Below the pieces are notes generated by a model. The model did no database searches. It was not told the origin of the DNA and was given only the letters and a program-made list of their open reading frames with translations. A stretch of 64,000 nucleotides of DNA from an uncultured delta proteobacterium (GTDB lineage: Bacteria > Myxococcota_A > UBA9160 > UBA4427). Shown here one piece after another: positions 37,852-48,478 of this stretch; within the stretch, counting starts at the first letter, position 1, and every line of letters starts with the position of its first letter. The stretch covers positions 640,001-704,000 of the forward strand of contig CAWGJT010000006.1 in assembly GCA_963822965.1 (NCBI GenBank), in the 5' to 3' direction. The position numbers were made by a program, and so were the translations under genes.

Positions 37852-38925
37852 ATGCGCGACCTCGCCGTGGTCGATGCCGACGGTCACGTCTTCGAGCCCG
37901 ACTGGATCTGGGAGCGCTACCTGGAGCCGCGCTTCGTCGCGCGCCGACCCCGCCTCGTGCGCGACGAGCGCGGCACGACCCGCTATCAGCTCGAGGGCCT
38001 CACCATCCCGCAAGGCACCGGACGCGGCGCCTGGGCGCCCGAGGGCATCATGGAGGCGTCCCTGCACCGCGAGGGAGGCGTCGACCCGAAGGCCCGGCTC
38101 GTGGACATGGACACGGAGGGCATCGAGACCGCGGTGCTCTTCGGCACCTTCGGCATGGCGCTCTGGCTGCCGCCGGACCCCGAGCTCGGCACCGCCCTGT
38201 GTCGCGCCTACAACGACTGGATGGCCGACTACTGCGGCACGGACCGGTCCCGCCTGAAGGCGACCGCCGCCCTGCCCCTGCGTTCGATCCCGGACAGCGT
38301 CGCCGAGGGGCGGCGCGCCGTGAGCGAGCTCGGCTGCGTGGCGCTCACCCTGCCGGTCAACATCCTGGGCCACAACCCCGACGACCCCGAGATCTTCCCC
38401 CTCTACGAGATGGCCCAGGAGCTCGACGTGCCCATCGCGTTCCACGCCGGCGGCGGTCGATTCGCCGAGGACCGCTTCACGGACGCCTACGCGACCGCGC
38501 ACACGGTGTGCTTCCCGATGGACATCCTCTTCGGGCTCACGACGGTTCTGTGCGGGGGCGTGCTGGAGCGCTTTCCGCGCCTCCGCGTCGCGCTGCTCGA
38601 GGCGGGCTGCGGCTTCCTCCCCTACTACCTGGAGCGCCTCGACGAGCACTTCGAGAAGCGGGGCCACGAGATGCCCATCACCCGCAGGCCGAGCGAGACC
38701 TTCGCCGAGGGACGCTGCCTCCTCTCGTGCGAGCCCGAGGAGAAGACCCTCGCCTTCGTCGCCGCCCGCGTCGGCGCCGACAAGATCCTCTACGCTTCCG
38801 ACTACCCGCACTGGGATTGCGAGTTCCCGGACTCGGTACGCGCCATCGCCGAGCGGGACGAGCTGACGGACGACGTCAAGCGCGCGATCCTGTGCGACAA
38901 CGCGCGCCGCCTCTTTCGCCTCTGA
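37852..38925 (+). CDS. Amidohydrolase family protein (Amidohydro_2)
   Basis: DADGH, AYNDW, FHAG, LEAGCG, YASDYPHWD. Confidence 0.9.
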   Translation: MRDLAVVDADGHVFEPDWIWERYLEPRFVARRPRLVRDERGTTRYQLEGLTIPQGTGRGAWAPEGIMEASLHREGGVDPKARLVDMDTEGIETAVLFGTFGMALWLPPDPELGTALCRAYNDWMADYCGTDRSRLKATAALPLRSIPDSVAEGRRAVSELGCVALTLPVNILGHNPDDPEIFPLYEMAQELDVPIAFHAGGGRFAEDRFTDAYATAHTVCFPMDILFGLTTVLCGGVLERFPRLRVALLEAGCGFLPYYLERLDEHFEKRGHEMPITRRPSETFAEGRCLLSCEPEEKTLAFVAARVGADKILYASDYPHWDCEFPDSVRAIAERDELTDDVKRAILCDNARRLFRL

Positions 38926-38986
38926 ATTCGCCCGCGAACCCGGTCTCGCTTCCGAGCGGGCCCACCAAACCGACAAAGGAATCGAA

Positions 38987-39469
38987 ATGGCAACCAAGGC
39001 CGAAGCCGCCCTCGCGATCTTCAAGAAGAACATCGGCAGTGAAGAAGGAGTGGGCGAGTGGTTCACCGTCACGCAGGAGCAGATCAACCTCTTCGCGGAC
39101 GCCACGCTCGATCACCAGTTCATCCACATCGACCCCGAGAAGTCCGCGAAGCTCTCCCCCTACAAGGTGACGATCGCCCACGGCTTCCTCACGCTCTCGC
39201 TGATCGTGCACCTCGGCGCGAGCATCCCCCGCACGAGTCCCGAGGCCCACGACGGCGTCGTGATGGGGGTGAACTACGGCCTCGACAAGGTGCGGTTCCC
39301 GAACCCCGTCAAGGTGAATGCGAGGATCCGCGCGCGCCGCTCCCTCGCCGAGGCGGAGCTGAAGAATCCGAACACGATCCAGCTCAAGCAGATCGTGACC
39401 GTGGAGATCGAGGGCGAGGACAAGCCCGGCTGCGTCGCCGAGTCGCTCACGCGGCTGATCTACAGCTGA
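38987..39469 (+). CDS. MaoC family dehydratase
   Basis: FADATLDHQFIHIDP, IAHGFLTLSL, NYGLDKVRF. Confidence 0.92.
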   Translation: MATKAEAALAIFKKNIGSEEGVGEWFTVTQEQINLFADATLDHQFIHIDPEKSAKLSPYKVTIAHGFLTLSLIVHLGASIPRTSPEAHDGVVMGVNYGLDKVRFPNPVKVNARIRARRSLAEAELKNPNTIQLKQIVTVEIEGEDKPGCVAESLTRLIYS

Positions 39470-39480
39470 AGGCGGGCTCC

Positions 39481-39513
39481 CCCTCCCCGAGGCCCCCGGC
39501 GGGTCGGGGGAGG
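39481..39513. terminator. Possible hairpin terminator between convergent genes
   Basis: CCCTCCCCGA ... TCGGGGGAGGG inverted repeat; no U-tract. Confidence 0.3.
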
Positions 39514-39532
39514 GACGTGTCGCGGAAGAGGA

Positions 39533-40384
39533 TCAGGGAAGGCCGGCGCCGGGAACGTCGACCGTCACGGTCTCGATGCGCCCGGTCCGGTCGCCCGTCT
39601 TCGCGGGGTCGGAATCCGCCGCGGTGCACAGGAAGAGCGTGCGGCGCTCGGGTCCACCGAGCATGCACGCGAAGGCCTGATGCTCCACGTCGATGCGGTC
39701 GCTGACCTCGCCGCCCTCCCGCACCCGCAGGACGCCGCGGCTCACCGGAGAAGCCACCCAGATCGCGCCCTCGGCGTCGAGGCAGATGCCGTCGGGCACC
39801 GCCCCCTCGAGCCGGGCCCACTCGCGGCGGCCGGAGAGCGAGCCGTCGGGAGCGACGTCGAAGGCGGTCAGACAGGCGCCGAAGCTCTCGCCCACCACGA
39901 GCGTGCGCCCGTCGGGGGTGATCACGGTGCCGTTGGGAAAGCGCAGCTCCGTCGCCGCGACCCGGGTGCGTCCGTCGGGGTCGACGAGGATCAGGTTCGT
40001 GGCGACGGGCTTCTCCCCGGCGTGCAGGTCGAAGCCGAAGTTGCCCACGTAGGCGCGCCCCTGTCCGTCCACCACCATGTCGTTGCAGTGGAAGGACGCC
40101 AGGCTCCCCAGATCGGCCACCTCGACCAGGCCCTCGGGATCGAGGCGCAGCAGCCGGCGGTCCCGCATCGAGACGACGAGGAGCCGCCCGTCCGGGAGCC
40201 AACCCAGGCCCGAAGGATCTCCCGACACCTCGACCACGACCTCGGAGCGGCCCTCCAGGTCGACGGCGATCACCTGGCGCGCGTGCATGTCCGAGAACCA
40301 CAGGCGTCCTTCGTGCCAGCGCGGGCCTTCGGGGAAGCGAAGCCCGTCCAGCAGGATCCGGGTTCCGGTGGTGGAATCGTCCAT
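39533..40384 (-). CDS. SMP-30/gluconolactonase family protein
   Basis: FPEGPRW, CNDMVVD, FPNG, PDGICLDAEG. Confidence 0.92.
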   Translation of the reverse strand: MDDSTTGTRILLDGLRFPEGPRWHEGRLWFSDMHARQVIAVDLEGRSEVVVEVSGDPSGLGWLPDGRLLVVSMRDRRLLRLDPEGLVEVADLGSLASFHCNDMVVDGQGRAYVGNFGFDLHAGEKPVATNLILVDPDGRTRVAATELRFPNGTVITPDGRTLVVGESFGACLTAFDVAPDGSLSGRREWARLEGAVPDGICLDAEGAIWVASPVSRGVLRVREGGEVSDRIDVEHQAFACMLGGPERRTLFLCTAADSDPAKTGDRTGRIETVTVDVPGAGLP

Positions 40385-40593
40385 GCTCTCCTCCGTGACT
40401 CGAGGGACTCGAGGGACTCGAGGGGCGGCGCGGCCCGTCCCATCCCCGAGGCCGTCGACGGGGTCGCCACCGCTTCGGGCGAGCGCGGTCGCGCGGCTTC
40501 GCCCATCATGCCGGACCGCTCACACCCGGAGCTCCCGTCCCCCAACGTAGCAGTCGATGGGTCGAGCCCGGCGCCGGTTCGAGGCGAGCCTGC

Positions 40594-41277
40594 ATGACCC
40601 GACCCTGGCAGACGATCGATACGCGAGACACCCGGGACGGCGTCTTCGAGCTGAGGCGGCGCGGCGACGACGACTTCCTGATCTGCCTCGACGGCCGCAT
40701 CCTGATGAACAGCCGGGAGAGCCGATCCGAGGAGGCCCTCGGCGCCTGGGCCGCGCAGACCGTGTCGGGACACGCCGCCCCACGCGTGCTGGTGGCGGGC
40801 CTCGGCATGGGGATCACCCTGCGAGCAGCCCTGGACGACCTGCCCCCGAAGGCCGTCGTGGTCGTCTGCGAGCTCCACGCGCACGTGCGCGACTGGTGCG
40901 CGGGCCCGCTGCGGGAGCGGTGTGGTGGCGCCCTCGAGGACCCGAGGGTCCAGGTCCGCATCGGCGACGTCCGGGACGCCATCGCGGCGGCCGCCGCCGA
41001 TCCGCAGCACCGCTTCGACGCCATCGCGCTCGATCTCTACGAGGGCGCGCGCCCGGGCCCGGGACGCGGAGCGAGCGACCCGTTCTTCGGCGACGCCGCT
41101 CTGGCCCGGACCCACGCGGCCCTCGCCCGCGGCGGCATCCTGGCGCGTTGGACCGAGCATCCGGACGACGACTTCGAGCGCCGGCTCGAGCGGGCGGGCT
41201 TCGAGGTCGAGCGGCGGCGGATCCGGGGCGGCGGCGGACGCCGGCACATCCTGGTGGGCGCCCGCCGCCGGACCTGA
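40594..41277 (+). CDS. Spermidine-synthase-like SAM-dependent methyltransferase
   Basis: ILMNSR...SEEAL...VLVAGLGMGITL...IGDV...FDAIALD. Confidence 0.8.
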   Translation: MTRPWQTIDTRDTRDGVFELRRRGDDDFLICLDGRILMNSRESRSEEALGAWAAQTVSGHAAPRVLVAGLGMGITLRAALDDLPPKAVVVVCELHAHVRDWCAGPLRERCGGALEDPRVQVRIGDVRDAIAAAAADPQHRFDAIALDLYEGARPGPGRGASDPFFGDAALARTHAALARGGILARWTEHPDDDFERRLERAGFEVERRRIRGGGGRRHILVGARRRT

Positions 41278-41309
41278 AGCCTCGGGGCGCCCGAAGGCCG
41301 CGCGAACCT

Positions 41310-42782
41310 TCAGTCGAGGTGCAGCTCGCCCGCGCGGACCCGCCCCTCGCGACCGCAGAGCTCCTCGTGCGCGACCGAGCTCACGAGATCGGGATCCGTG
41401 CAGGTCGCCCAGGCCCGGGCGTCGTCGGGCGTTCGGCACGCGCACAGCAGCGACGGCCCCACTTCGCCCCGGGACGGCATCACCGCGAACGTCTCGACGC
41501 GGGCGCGACCTTCGTACTCGCGCCGGCAGGGACGCGTGGGCAGAAGCGCCGCCTCCTCATCGAGACACGCGTGCAAGAAGCCGGCGTCGCGCGGCTCGCT
41601 GCCGTAGACGCCGAAGGCGTGCTTGGCCATGTAGCCTCCCACGGACGAGACGAAGCCCCGGGTGCCCGGCGCGCTCCGCAGCCGACCCATCAGGGTCGCG
41701 ATGGCGTGCAGCACGTAGCTGTTGAAGGGTCCGCCCGCAAACGTCAGCCCGCCGGTCACCGTGAGCTCGCGCTCGAGATCGAAGCCGATCTCCGCCGCGG
41801 CGATCTGCACCGCCGACGGGAAGCACGAATAGAGGTCCACGTGCGCAAAGTCGCCGGGTGCGGCTTCGGCGAGCTCGAGGACGCGCCGGCCCGCCAGGCG
41901 CATGGCCGCCTCCTCGTCGAAGCTCGGGCGTTCCGGCACCGCGGCGGTGCGCATCGCGTCCGTGGCCGCCTGCGGGAACACCCAGCGCTCTTCCGGGACG
42001 CCCAGGCGCCGGGCCGTCTCGAGCGAGCACAGGAGCACCGCCGCGGCCTGGTCGACCACCATGTTCGCGACCATCCGCTTCGTGTACGGGTAGCCGAGCA
42101 TGCGGTTGTCGGCGGTGACACCTTCGATGGCCTCCGCCGAGGGTGCGTCGCGGATCCACGCGTACGGATTGCGGGCGGCGACCCGCGCGAACCCCGCCTG
42201 CAGCCGGGCGATGCGCTTGCGGTGGGCGGCCGGCGCCTCGCCGCTCCGGAAGCGCAGCGCGTTCTCGTAGAGGGAGAAGGCCTGGATCGGGCGCGCGCGG
42301 TAGCGCAGCTCCCACCAGCCGAAGCCCGGGTCGTGCGTACCGAAGCGCTCGTCGGGCTCGCCGGCGGTCTGCTCGGTCCAGGCGAGCGCGAGACCGGCTC
42401 GCTTCGCGCGTCGGGCGCTGTGCTCGGCCTCGCCTCCCACCACCAGCACGGCCCGTCTCCGTCCGCCCATCACCTCCAGCGCCGCCCGCGACAGCATCCA
42501 CTGCACCGTGCTTCCGCTGATGGGTCCCAGGCCGCTGCGGGCGGCGGGCGCCCCCAGGCGCTCGGCCAGCAGGGCACCGGGGTTCGCGTAGCGCCACAGG
42601 CCCTGGGGCACCCAGATCGAGTCGAGCGCGCCAAGCAGCTCTCGGGAGCCGGCGTCGTCTGCGGCGGCCTCGGCGGCTCGCTGCATCAGCCGCAGGGGCT
42701 CGTCGGCGGTGGTCGGGTCGTCGGCGCGCTGGACGATCTGTCCGGCGCCCACCAGGACGGGTGTCCGCGGATCGAGGGGCAA
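41310..42782 (-). CDS. Thiolase-like acetyl-CoA acetyltransferase
   Basis: PVLVGAGQ, YPYTK, VDQAAA, DLYSCFPSAV, TGGLTFAGGP. Confidence 0.82.
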   Translation of the reverse strand: MPLDPRTPVLVGAGQIVQRADDPTTADEPLRLMQRAAEAAADDAGSRELLGALDSIWVPQGLWRYANPGALLAERLGAPAARSGLGPISGSTVQWMLSRAALEVMGGRRRAVLVVGGEAEHSARRAKRAGLALAWTEQTAGEPDERFGTHDPGFGWWELRYRARPIQAFSLYENALRFRSGEAPAAHRKRIARLQAGFARVAARNPYAWIRDAPSAEAIEGVTADNRMLGYPYTKRMVANMVVDQAAAVLLCSLETARRLGVPEERWVFPQAATDAMRTAAVPERPSFDEEAAMRLAGRRVLELAEAAPGDFAHVDLYSCFPSAVQIAAAEIGFDLERELTVTGGLTFAGGPFNSYVLHAIATLMGRLRSAPGTRGFVSSVGGYMAKHAFGVYGSEPRDAGFLHACLDEEAALLPTRPCRREYEGRARVETFAVMPSRGEVGPSLLCACRTPDDARAWATCTDPDLVSSVAHEELCGREGRVRAGELHLD

Positions 42783-42857
42783 GCGGCTCTCCTGCAGCAG
42801 GCTCGCGGGAGCGCGCAGGATAACCATCGCGGGAGCGGGGCGCCGCACGCGCTCCGT

Positions 42858-44677
42858 TCAGGCCCGGGAAGAAGGATCCGCGCGCGCCACCCGTCTCGAG
42901 GGGCAGCCGCACCGTGAAGCAGGTGCCCTGCCCGGGCGTCGAGTCCACCTCGATCACGCCGTCGTGCTCGCGCACGATGTCGAAGGCGATGCTCAGGCCC
43001 AGCCCGGTCCCCTCGTCGGGAGCGCGGGTCGTGAAGAACGGATCGAAGACCCGGGAGCGGTTCTCCTCGGCGATGCCGGGACCGTTGTCGCGGACGCGGA
43101 CGACGGCGAAGCGGCCCGTCGACCCCGGTCTCCGCGACGAGCCGCGCCTCGGGAACGCCGCAGAGGGCCTGCTTGCCGTTCAGGAGCAGGTTCAGCAGCA
43201 CCTGCACCAGGCGGTCCGCCGAGCCCCGCACCCCGGGGAGGTCTTGCTCCAGCCGGCTCTCCACCAGAACGTCGTGGTCGCGATGCAGGTCCGCCAGCCG
43301 GATCGACTCGAGGACCAGCTGGTTCAGGTCCACGGGTCCGCTCCCCTCGTCGGGCGAGCGCGAGAGACGGAGCATGCTCTCCACGATGCGGCTGATGCGT
43401 TCGATGCCCTCGAGGCTCTCCCCCAGGATCTCGGGCATCTCGAGCAGATCGTTCGAAGCGCCGTCCGCGTGCCGCGCGATCAGCTTCTCGAGGTCGGGCG
43501 AGAGAGACTGCAGGTGCGCCAGGTTCGCACGCACGAAGGCCAGGGGATTGTTCACCTCGTGGGCCACCCCGGCCGCCAGGATGCCAACGCTCTCGAGCTT
43601 CTGGCGCTCGCGGAGCAGGCGCTCGGTGCGCCGCTGCTCGCTGCGATCGCGCAGGGAGAGGAAGACGCCGGCGGGCTGGGAGCCGTCGGCCCGGACCGAC
43701 GCCGACGTCAGCTCGAAGATTCGCCCGTCTCGCGCCTGGAACTCGGAGTCGAGGTGGCGTCCGCCCGGCTCGAGGAGGGCGATCGCCTCGCCGATCGCAT
43801 GCGCGGCCTCGGGCGTTGCGACGAGCGCCAGCACGTCTTCCAGACGCTGGCCGCGCAGAGCGCGTCGTTCGCTTCCCAGCACGCGCTCGGCGGCCGCGTT
43901 GGCGTCGAGCACGTTGCCTTCGGCGTCCGCGAGCACCAGCGCGTCGTGGAGGTGCTCGAGGACGTCGGCGCGCACGATGGGCTGGGCCTCCAGCACCCCG
44001 TACGCCTCCACGCCGTACACGAAGAGGGCCGCGGTGCCTCCCAGTGCGAGGGGCGCGAGGGAGAACGGAAAGGGCTGCAGGCCCAGGACGTAGATCAGGT
44101 GCGCGGCGCAGGGCGCCACCACCGCCCCCAAGACGATCAGCGGGCGGCGCCTCTCTCCGCGGGTGCGGCCGCGCCACACGGCGATGCCGAGACACGCGAT
44201 CGCCGACGAGGAGAGCACCGCTGCCCAGATCTGGATCGCCCAGTAGACGGGACCGCCCCAGGTGTCTGGATGGGCGCCGTCCAGCGCCGCCTGCAGGTCG
44301 CGGTAGAACGCGTGGTGCCAGGGGTCCGTCAGGTACATCGCGGACAGCATCACCGGCAGACTCGCCAGCACCGTCGAGACGGGTCGTCCCCACGCGAAGG
44401 GCTTCAGCCGTGCGAACTGCCCCATCGTCAGCAGGAACAAGGCACCCATCCAGCAACACGAGAGCTGCTCGGCGTGGAGCCCCAGCAGCCGCCAGAACGG
44501 GTCGGTGGCCGCCATCTTCAACAGCTGCCCGCCCGGCCACGGTGCGATGCTCGCCAGCAGCAGCACCATCATGCGGTGGAGCGGCGAGCGGTTCCAGCGC
44601 ATGAGCACGTAGATCGTGAGCCCCAGGATGATGGGGACCGCGATGGCGCACTGGATGAGCAAGGCACGGGTTTCCAC
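42858..44677 (-). CDS. Sensor histidine kinase (7TM N-terminus, PAS, HisKA, HATPase); frameshifts near 43115 and probably near 42890
   Basis: AGVAHEVNNPL, QVLLNLLLNG; DNGPG, FDPFFTT, GTGLGL and GTCFTVRLP continue in another frame. Confidence 0.85.
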
Positions 44678-44892
44678 GCTCGGCGTATCGGGAGCCCCTA
44701 CAGGGACGTTGAGGGGCCGGGCGGAGCGGTCCCGCACGCCGTGCGGGGAAAACCCGCTCGGCGGCGGCCCGCTCGGCCCGGGACCTGCCGGGGGTCTGCC
44801 GGTCGCCCCGGCGTCCGCCCTCCGGGCGGCTGCCCTACCCTTTCGCTCCGGAACGCGGCCCGCTCCGCCATCCGACGCCGCCTGGAGGGCCC

Positions 44893-45276
44893 ATGGCCCG
44901 CTACAACTACGACCGGCTCTCGGCCCAGGACAACAGCCGCGGCTTCAACTGGCTGAACATGTCCCTCGACCGGGTCAAGGCGGTGCGCCGGGGACTCGCG
45001 TGCTCGGTGAACGACGTGGTCCTCACCGTCGTGACCGGCGCCGTCCGCGAGTTCCTGATGCTTCGCGGCGTCAATCCCGCCCGGATCGACTTCAAGATCT
45101 CCGCCCCGGTCAGCATGCGCAGCGACGAGGAGCCCCGAGCCACCGGCAGGGTCCTTGCGGCGGCGGGGGAAGCCGAAGCCGGGACCGCCTCGACGTCCAC
45201 GGACGCGGCCGAGCCCACGGGGTGGCGGGGCTTTCCGCTCGCGAACGCGCGCCGAGCCGACCCGGCGGGCGCCTGA
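44893..45276 (+). pseudogene. Internally deleted wax ester synthase/DGAT remnant
   Basis: N-terminus MARYNYDRLSAQDNS joined directly to a mid-protein segment VKAVRR...SVNDVVL...APVSMR; no HHxxxDG. Confidence 0.7.
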
Positions 45277-45353
45277 AGCCGCTCGCCCCCGGGCTGCCCG
45301 CCATGCCCCCCGACGACTTACGTGTTCACCTCGAACTACCGATCAGGGACGGA

Positions 45354-46469
45354 ATGACGAGCCCCATCGAAAGGCTCCGGGCCGCAGCCAAGCGCTTCGT
45401 CGACCGTGGCACCGAGCGGGCTGTACCCGAGGTCGCGCGCATGATGCGGCGGGCGCGCGGCTTCGGGCTCGTCGCCTTCTCGATCCTCTTCTTGGGCGGC
45501 TTCCTCCTCTCGCTCTGGGCCGGCGTGACCTCCGCGGCCTGGATCTCGGTGGCGGGAATGACCTCGTTCGCGATCTGCCTCCGGTGGATGGCCCGGAGCG
45601 ACGGGCGCCACGTCGAGCTCGCGTCCCACACCGGGCTGGGCCTGTTGCTGGCCGCCATCACCACGGCCTCCCTGGCGGTGGGGGGTGCGACGCCCATCAG
45701 CGTCACCTACCCGACGCTGCTGATCCTGGCCGCGATGTACATGCTCGGGGTTCGCGCGGCGGCCCTCTGGACGGTTCTCTCCATCGTCTCCCTGGCGATC
45801 GTCGTCTTCACGGCGACCCTGCCGCCCCCGGAAGCGGGTGCGGCGCGCAGCTCCCATGCGCTGATCTTCTCGTCCCGGGCCCTGGTCCTCGCCGCCACCT
45901 TCGCGATCGCCTCCCTGGGCAGACGCTTCGAGGATCGTCAGAGCGCACGGCTCGAGTTCCTCGCCCGCCACGACCCCCTGACCGGCCTGGTGAACCGCCG
46001 GGAGTTCGAGGAGCGGCTCCAGCTCGCGCTCGCCCGCTGCCGCCGCTACGACCGCCACCTGGCCCTGCTCTTCATCGACCTCGACGGCTTCAAGCGGGTC
46101 AACGACCGGCACGGGCACGGCGTGGGAGACGACGTGCTGCGCTGGGTGGGCCGGACGATCGAGGAGCGCACGCGCGATACGGACGTGGCGGGCCGCATCG
46201 GCGGAGACGAGTTCCTGGTGCTGCTCGAGGACACGGGCACCGAGAAGGACGCCGGCACCTATGCGCGGCGTCTGCTGGAGCGTCTCGAACGCGCCACGGA
46301 GTCACTGCCCGCGGACGTCACCATCCGAGCCAGCATCGGCGTGGCCGTCTACCCCGAGGACGCCCCGGATGCGGAGGGGCTCACCCGAATCGCGGACGCC
46401 GCCATGTACCGCGCGAAGCGCGCCGGTGGGCATCGCCTGGCCCGCACCACGGGAACCGAGGCGGCCTGA
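45354..46469 (+). CDS. Membrane-bound diguanylate cyclase (GGDEF); alternative start 45303
   Basis: Several TM segments; HDPLTGLVNRR, FIDLDGFKRVND..GH..GD, RxxD I-site, GGDEF. Confidence 0.92.
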   Translation: MTSPIERLRAAAKRFVDRGTERAVPEVARMMRRARGFGLVAFSILFLGGFLLSLWAGVTSAAWISVAGMTSFAICLRWMARSDGRHVELASHTGLGLLLAAITTASLAVGGATPISVTYPTLLILAAMYMLGVRAAALWTVLSIVSLAIVVFTATLPPPEAGAARSSHALIFSSRALVLAATFAIASLGRRFEDRQSARLEFLARHDPLTGLVNRREFEERLQLALARCRRYDRHLALLFIDLDGFKRVNDRHGHGVGDDVLRWVGRTIEERTRDTDVAGRIGGDEFLVLLEDTGTEKDAGTYARRLLERLERATESLPADVTIRASIGVAVYPEDAPDAEGLTRIADAAMYRAKRAGGHRLARTTGTEAA

Positions 46470-46510
46470 AGGCCCTTCCGGGAGCCACCCGGCGGGACGA
46501 CGAGTGCGAT

Positions 46511-47116
46511 CTACGAGCCGGAAAGCCGGGCGAACACGAGCAGCCGGTTGTTGGCCGGCATCTCGGCGTCTTCCCGCAGCCCGAGCCCGGCGGCGTCCGC
46601 CTCGCGCTCCAGCGCTTCGAAGTCGCGGATGGCACTCGCGGGATCGCGCTGCCCGAGCCACTCGTCGAAGCGGGCGTTGCTCGCGCTCGTGTACGCGCCG
46701 CCGTAGTTGAAGGGACCGTAGAGCAGGAACACGCCGCCCGGCTCGAGCACCCGACCCACCCCGCGCACGAAGGCCTGGACGACGGGCCAGGACATGATGT
46801 GGACCGTGTTCGCCGAGAACACCGCCGGCGCGGACTCGACCGGCCACTCGGGCGCCGCGGCGTCGAGGACCAGGGGAGGCCGGACGTTCGGCAGCCGCGT
46901 GTCCTCGATCCACGCCCGGATCCCCGCATGGTTCTGCGGCAGATCGGAGGTCTGCCAGACGAGCCCCGGGAGCGCCTCGGCGAAGAACACGGCGTGCTGA
47001 CCCGTGCCGCTGCCGATCTCGAGGACCCACGGCACGTGGGCCAGATGACGGCGGAGCACGCCGAGGATGGCGCGCTTGTTGCTTTCGCACGCAGGAGAGA
47101 AGGGCTTCCCGGTCAC
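46511..47116 (-). CDS. DUF938 family SAM-dependent methyltransferase
   Basis: SPACESNK, VLEIGSGTGQH, WQTSD, YGPF, SNARFD, MPANN. Confidence 0.9.
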   Translation of the reverse strand: MTGKPFSPACESNKRAILGVLRRHLAHVPWVLEIGSGTGQHAVFFAEALPGLVWQTSDLPQNHAGIRAWIEDTRLPNVRPPLVLDAAAPEWPVESAPAVFSANTVHIMSWPVVQAFVRGVGRVLEPGGVFLLYGPFNYGGAYTSASNARFDEWLGQRDPASAIRDFEALEREADAAGLGLREDAEMPANNRLLVFARLSGS

Positions 47117-47128
47117 ACCCCCTCCCGC

Positions 47129-47731
47129 TCAGTCGGCCAATACACGACGGGCCAGGATCGTGCGCGAGACGACGGTGGTGGCGAGCACCGCGATCCAGAG
47201 TGCCGTGAGCCAGGCGAGCTGCTCGGGGAAGAGCAGGAACAGCGTGTACGCGATGCCCGTCTCCCCTCCCTCGGCGAGGCCCGCACCGAGCCGCAGCCCG
47301 CGCTCGTCCCGCGGCGGTAGCTGCCGGCCCGCCTCCTGCATCCCGAGGGCCAGGGCGCTCGCGATGCACAGGACGTACAGGAAGATGATCCACATCCAGC
47401 GGTCGTGCAGCTCCGGGTGGACGCGATCGAGCGCGAGCACCATGGCGCTGTAGGCCGCCATGTCCAGCACGATGTCGAAGTAGGCGCCGAAGTCCGTCGC
47501 CCGCCCGGTGTGACGGGCGTAGATTCCGTCGGTGCCGTCGGCCAGCCTTCCGAGCCACCACAGGCCCACCGCCGCCAGGCGCCACTCCTCGAGCACGCTC
47601 CACGCCGCCGCCAACGAGATCGCCAGGGCCAGCACGCTGACCGCGTTGGGCGACAGCCCGCACGCGGCGTAGAGGCGCAGGAGGGGACCGGCGAAGCGCG
47701 GAAGCACCCGTCGGAACGGATTGTCGATCAC
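47129..47731 (-). CDS. CDP-alcohol phosphatidyltransferase family protein
   Basis: SPN...DGTDGIYAR...TDFGAYFDIVLD signature. Confidence 0.9.
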   Translation of the reverse strand: MIDNPFRRVLPRFAGPLLRLYAACGLSPNAVSVLALAISLAAAWSVLEEWRLAAVGLWWLGRLADGTDGIYARHTGRATDFGAYFDIVLDMAAYSAMVLALDRVHPELHDRWMWIIFLYVLCIASALALGMQEAGRQLPPRDERGLRLGAGLAEGGETGIAYTLFLLFPEQLAWLTALWIAVLATTVVSRTILARRVLAD

Positions 47732-47747
47732 GCGTCGACCCGCCCGC

Positions 47748-48425
47748 TCAGCGACCGGAGAACGGCTCGCCCCAGGCGTCCCGGAACGCCATCTTCGCCA
47801 CCGGACGCCGGGAGATGGGCCCGTGCCCTCCGCGGGCCGGATAGCCGATGGGCACGAACGCGCAGGTGTACCACTCGGCCGGGATCGCGAGCAGCTCCTT
47901 CACGTCGGGCTCCGCGAAGCAGAGCAGGGTCGTCAAGGTGCAGCCGAGCCCTTCCGCCCGACACGCCAGCAGGGTGTTCTGGACGGCCGGATAGACCGAT
48001 CCGCCGCCCACCACCGACGGGCGCTCGAGGCCGGCGTCGGTGATGGCCATGATCTTCGGCTGGAAGCAGAAGACCAGGATCGTCGGCGCCTCGTGGAGGT
48101 GCTCGGCCAGGTGGTCCGCCGCCGCCATCATGCGCTCCTGCTTCGCGCGGGCCTCGCCCTCCAGGTGTGCCACCTGCCCGCGGTGGCCCTCCGCATAGCG
48201 GCGCCAGGGACCGACGTAGAGCTCCTGCAGACGGCGGCGCTTGTCGGCGTCCTGCACGACGACGACCCGCCAGGGCTGCACGTTGCCGCCGCTCGGCGCC
48301 CAGGTGGCGGCGCGCAACACCCGTTCGAGCACGTCGTCGGGAATCGGATCCTTCCGCAGTCGGCGCACGGCGCGCAGGGTGCTCATCGCCTCGTAGAGGC
48401 CGATCTCTCCGGACTTCGTCGACAT
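47748..48425 (-). CDS. Nitroreductase family protein
   Basis: RAVRRLRKDP...APSGGNVQPW...AVQNTLLACRAEGLG...PIGYP. Confidence 0.9.
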   Translation of the reverse strand: MSTKSGEIGLYEAMSTLRAVRRLRKDPIPDDVLERVLRAATWAPSGGNVQPWRVVVVQDADKRRRLQELYVGPWRRYAEGHRGQVAHLEGEARAKQERMMAAADHLAEHLHEAPTILVFCFQPKIMAITDAGLERPSVVGGGSVYPAVQNTLLACRAEGLGCTLTTLLCFAEPDVKELLAIPAEWYTCAFVPIGYPARGGHGPISRRPVAKMAFRDAWGEPFSGR

Positions 48426-48478
48426 GGGGCTCCTCGCTCCTCTGGAACCGGGAGGGGTGTACGGCACCGCGCGCCTCG

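Noticed and set aside
42858..43120. Programmed frameshift or truncation in the histidine kinase
   Set aside because: No slippery sequence; consistent with the sporadic indel errors seen elsewhere in the contig.
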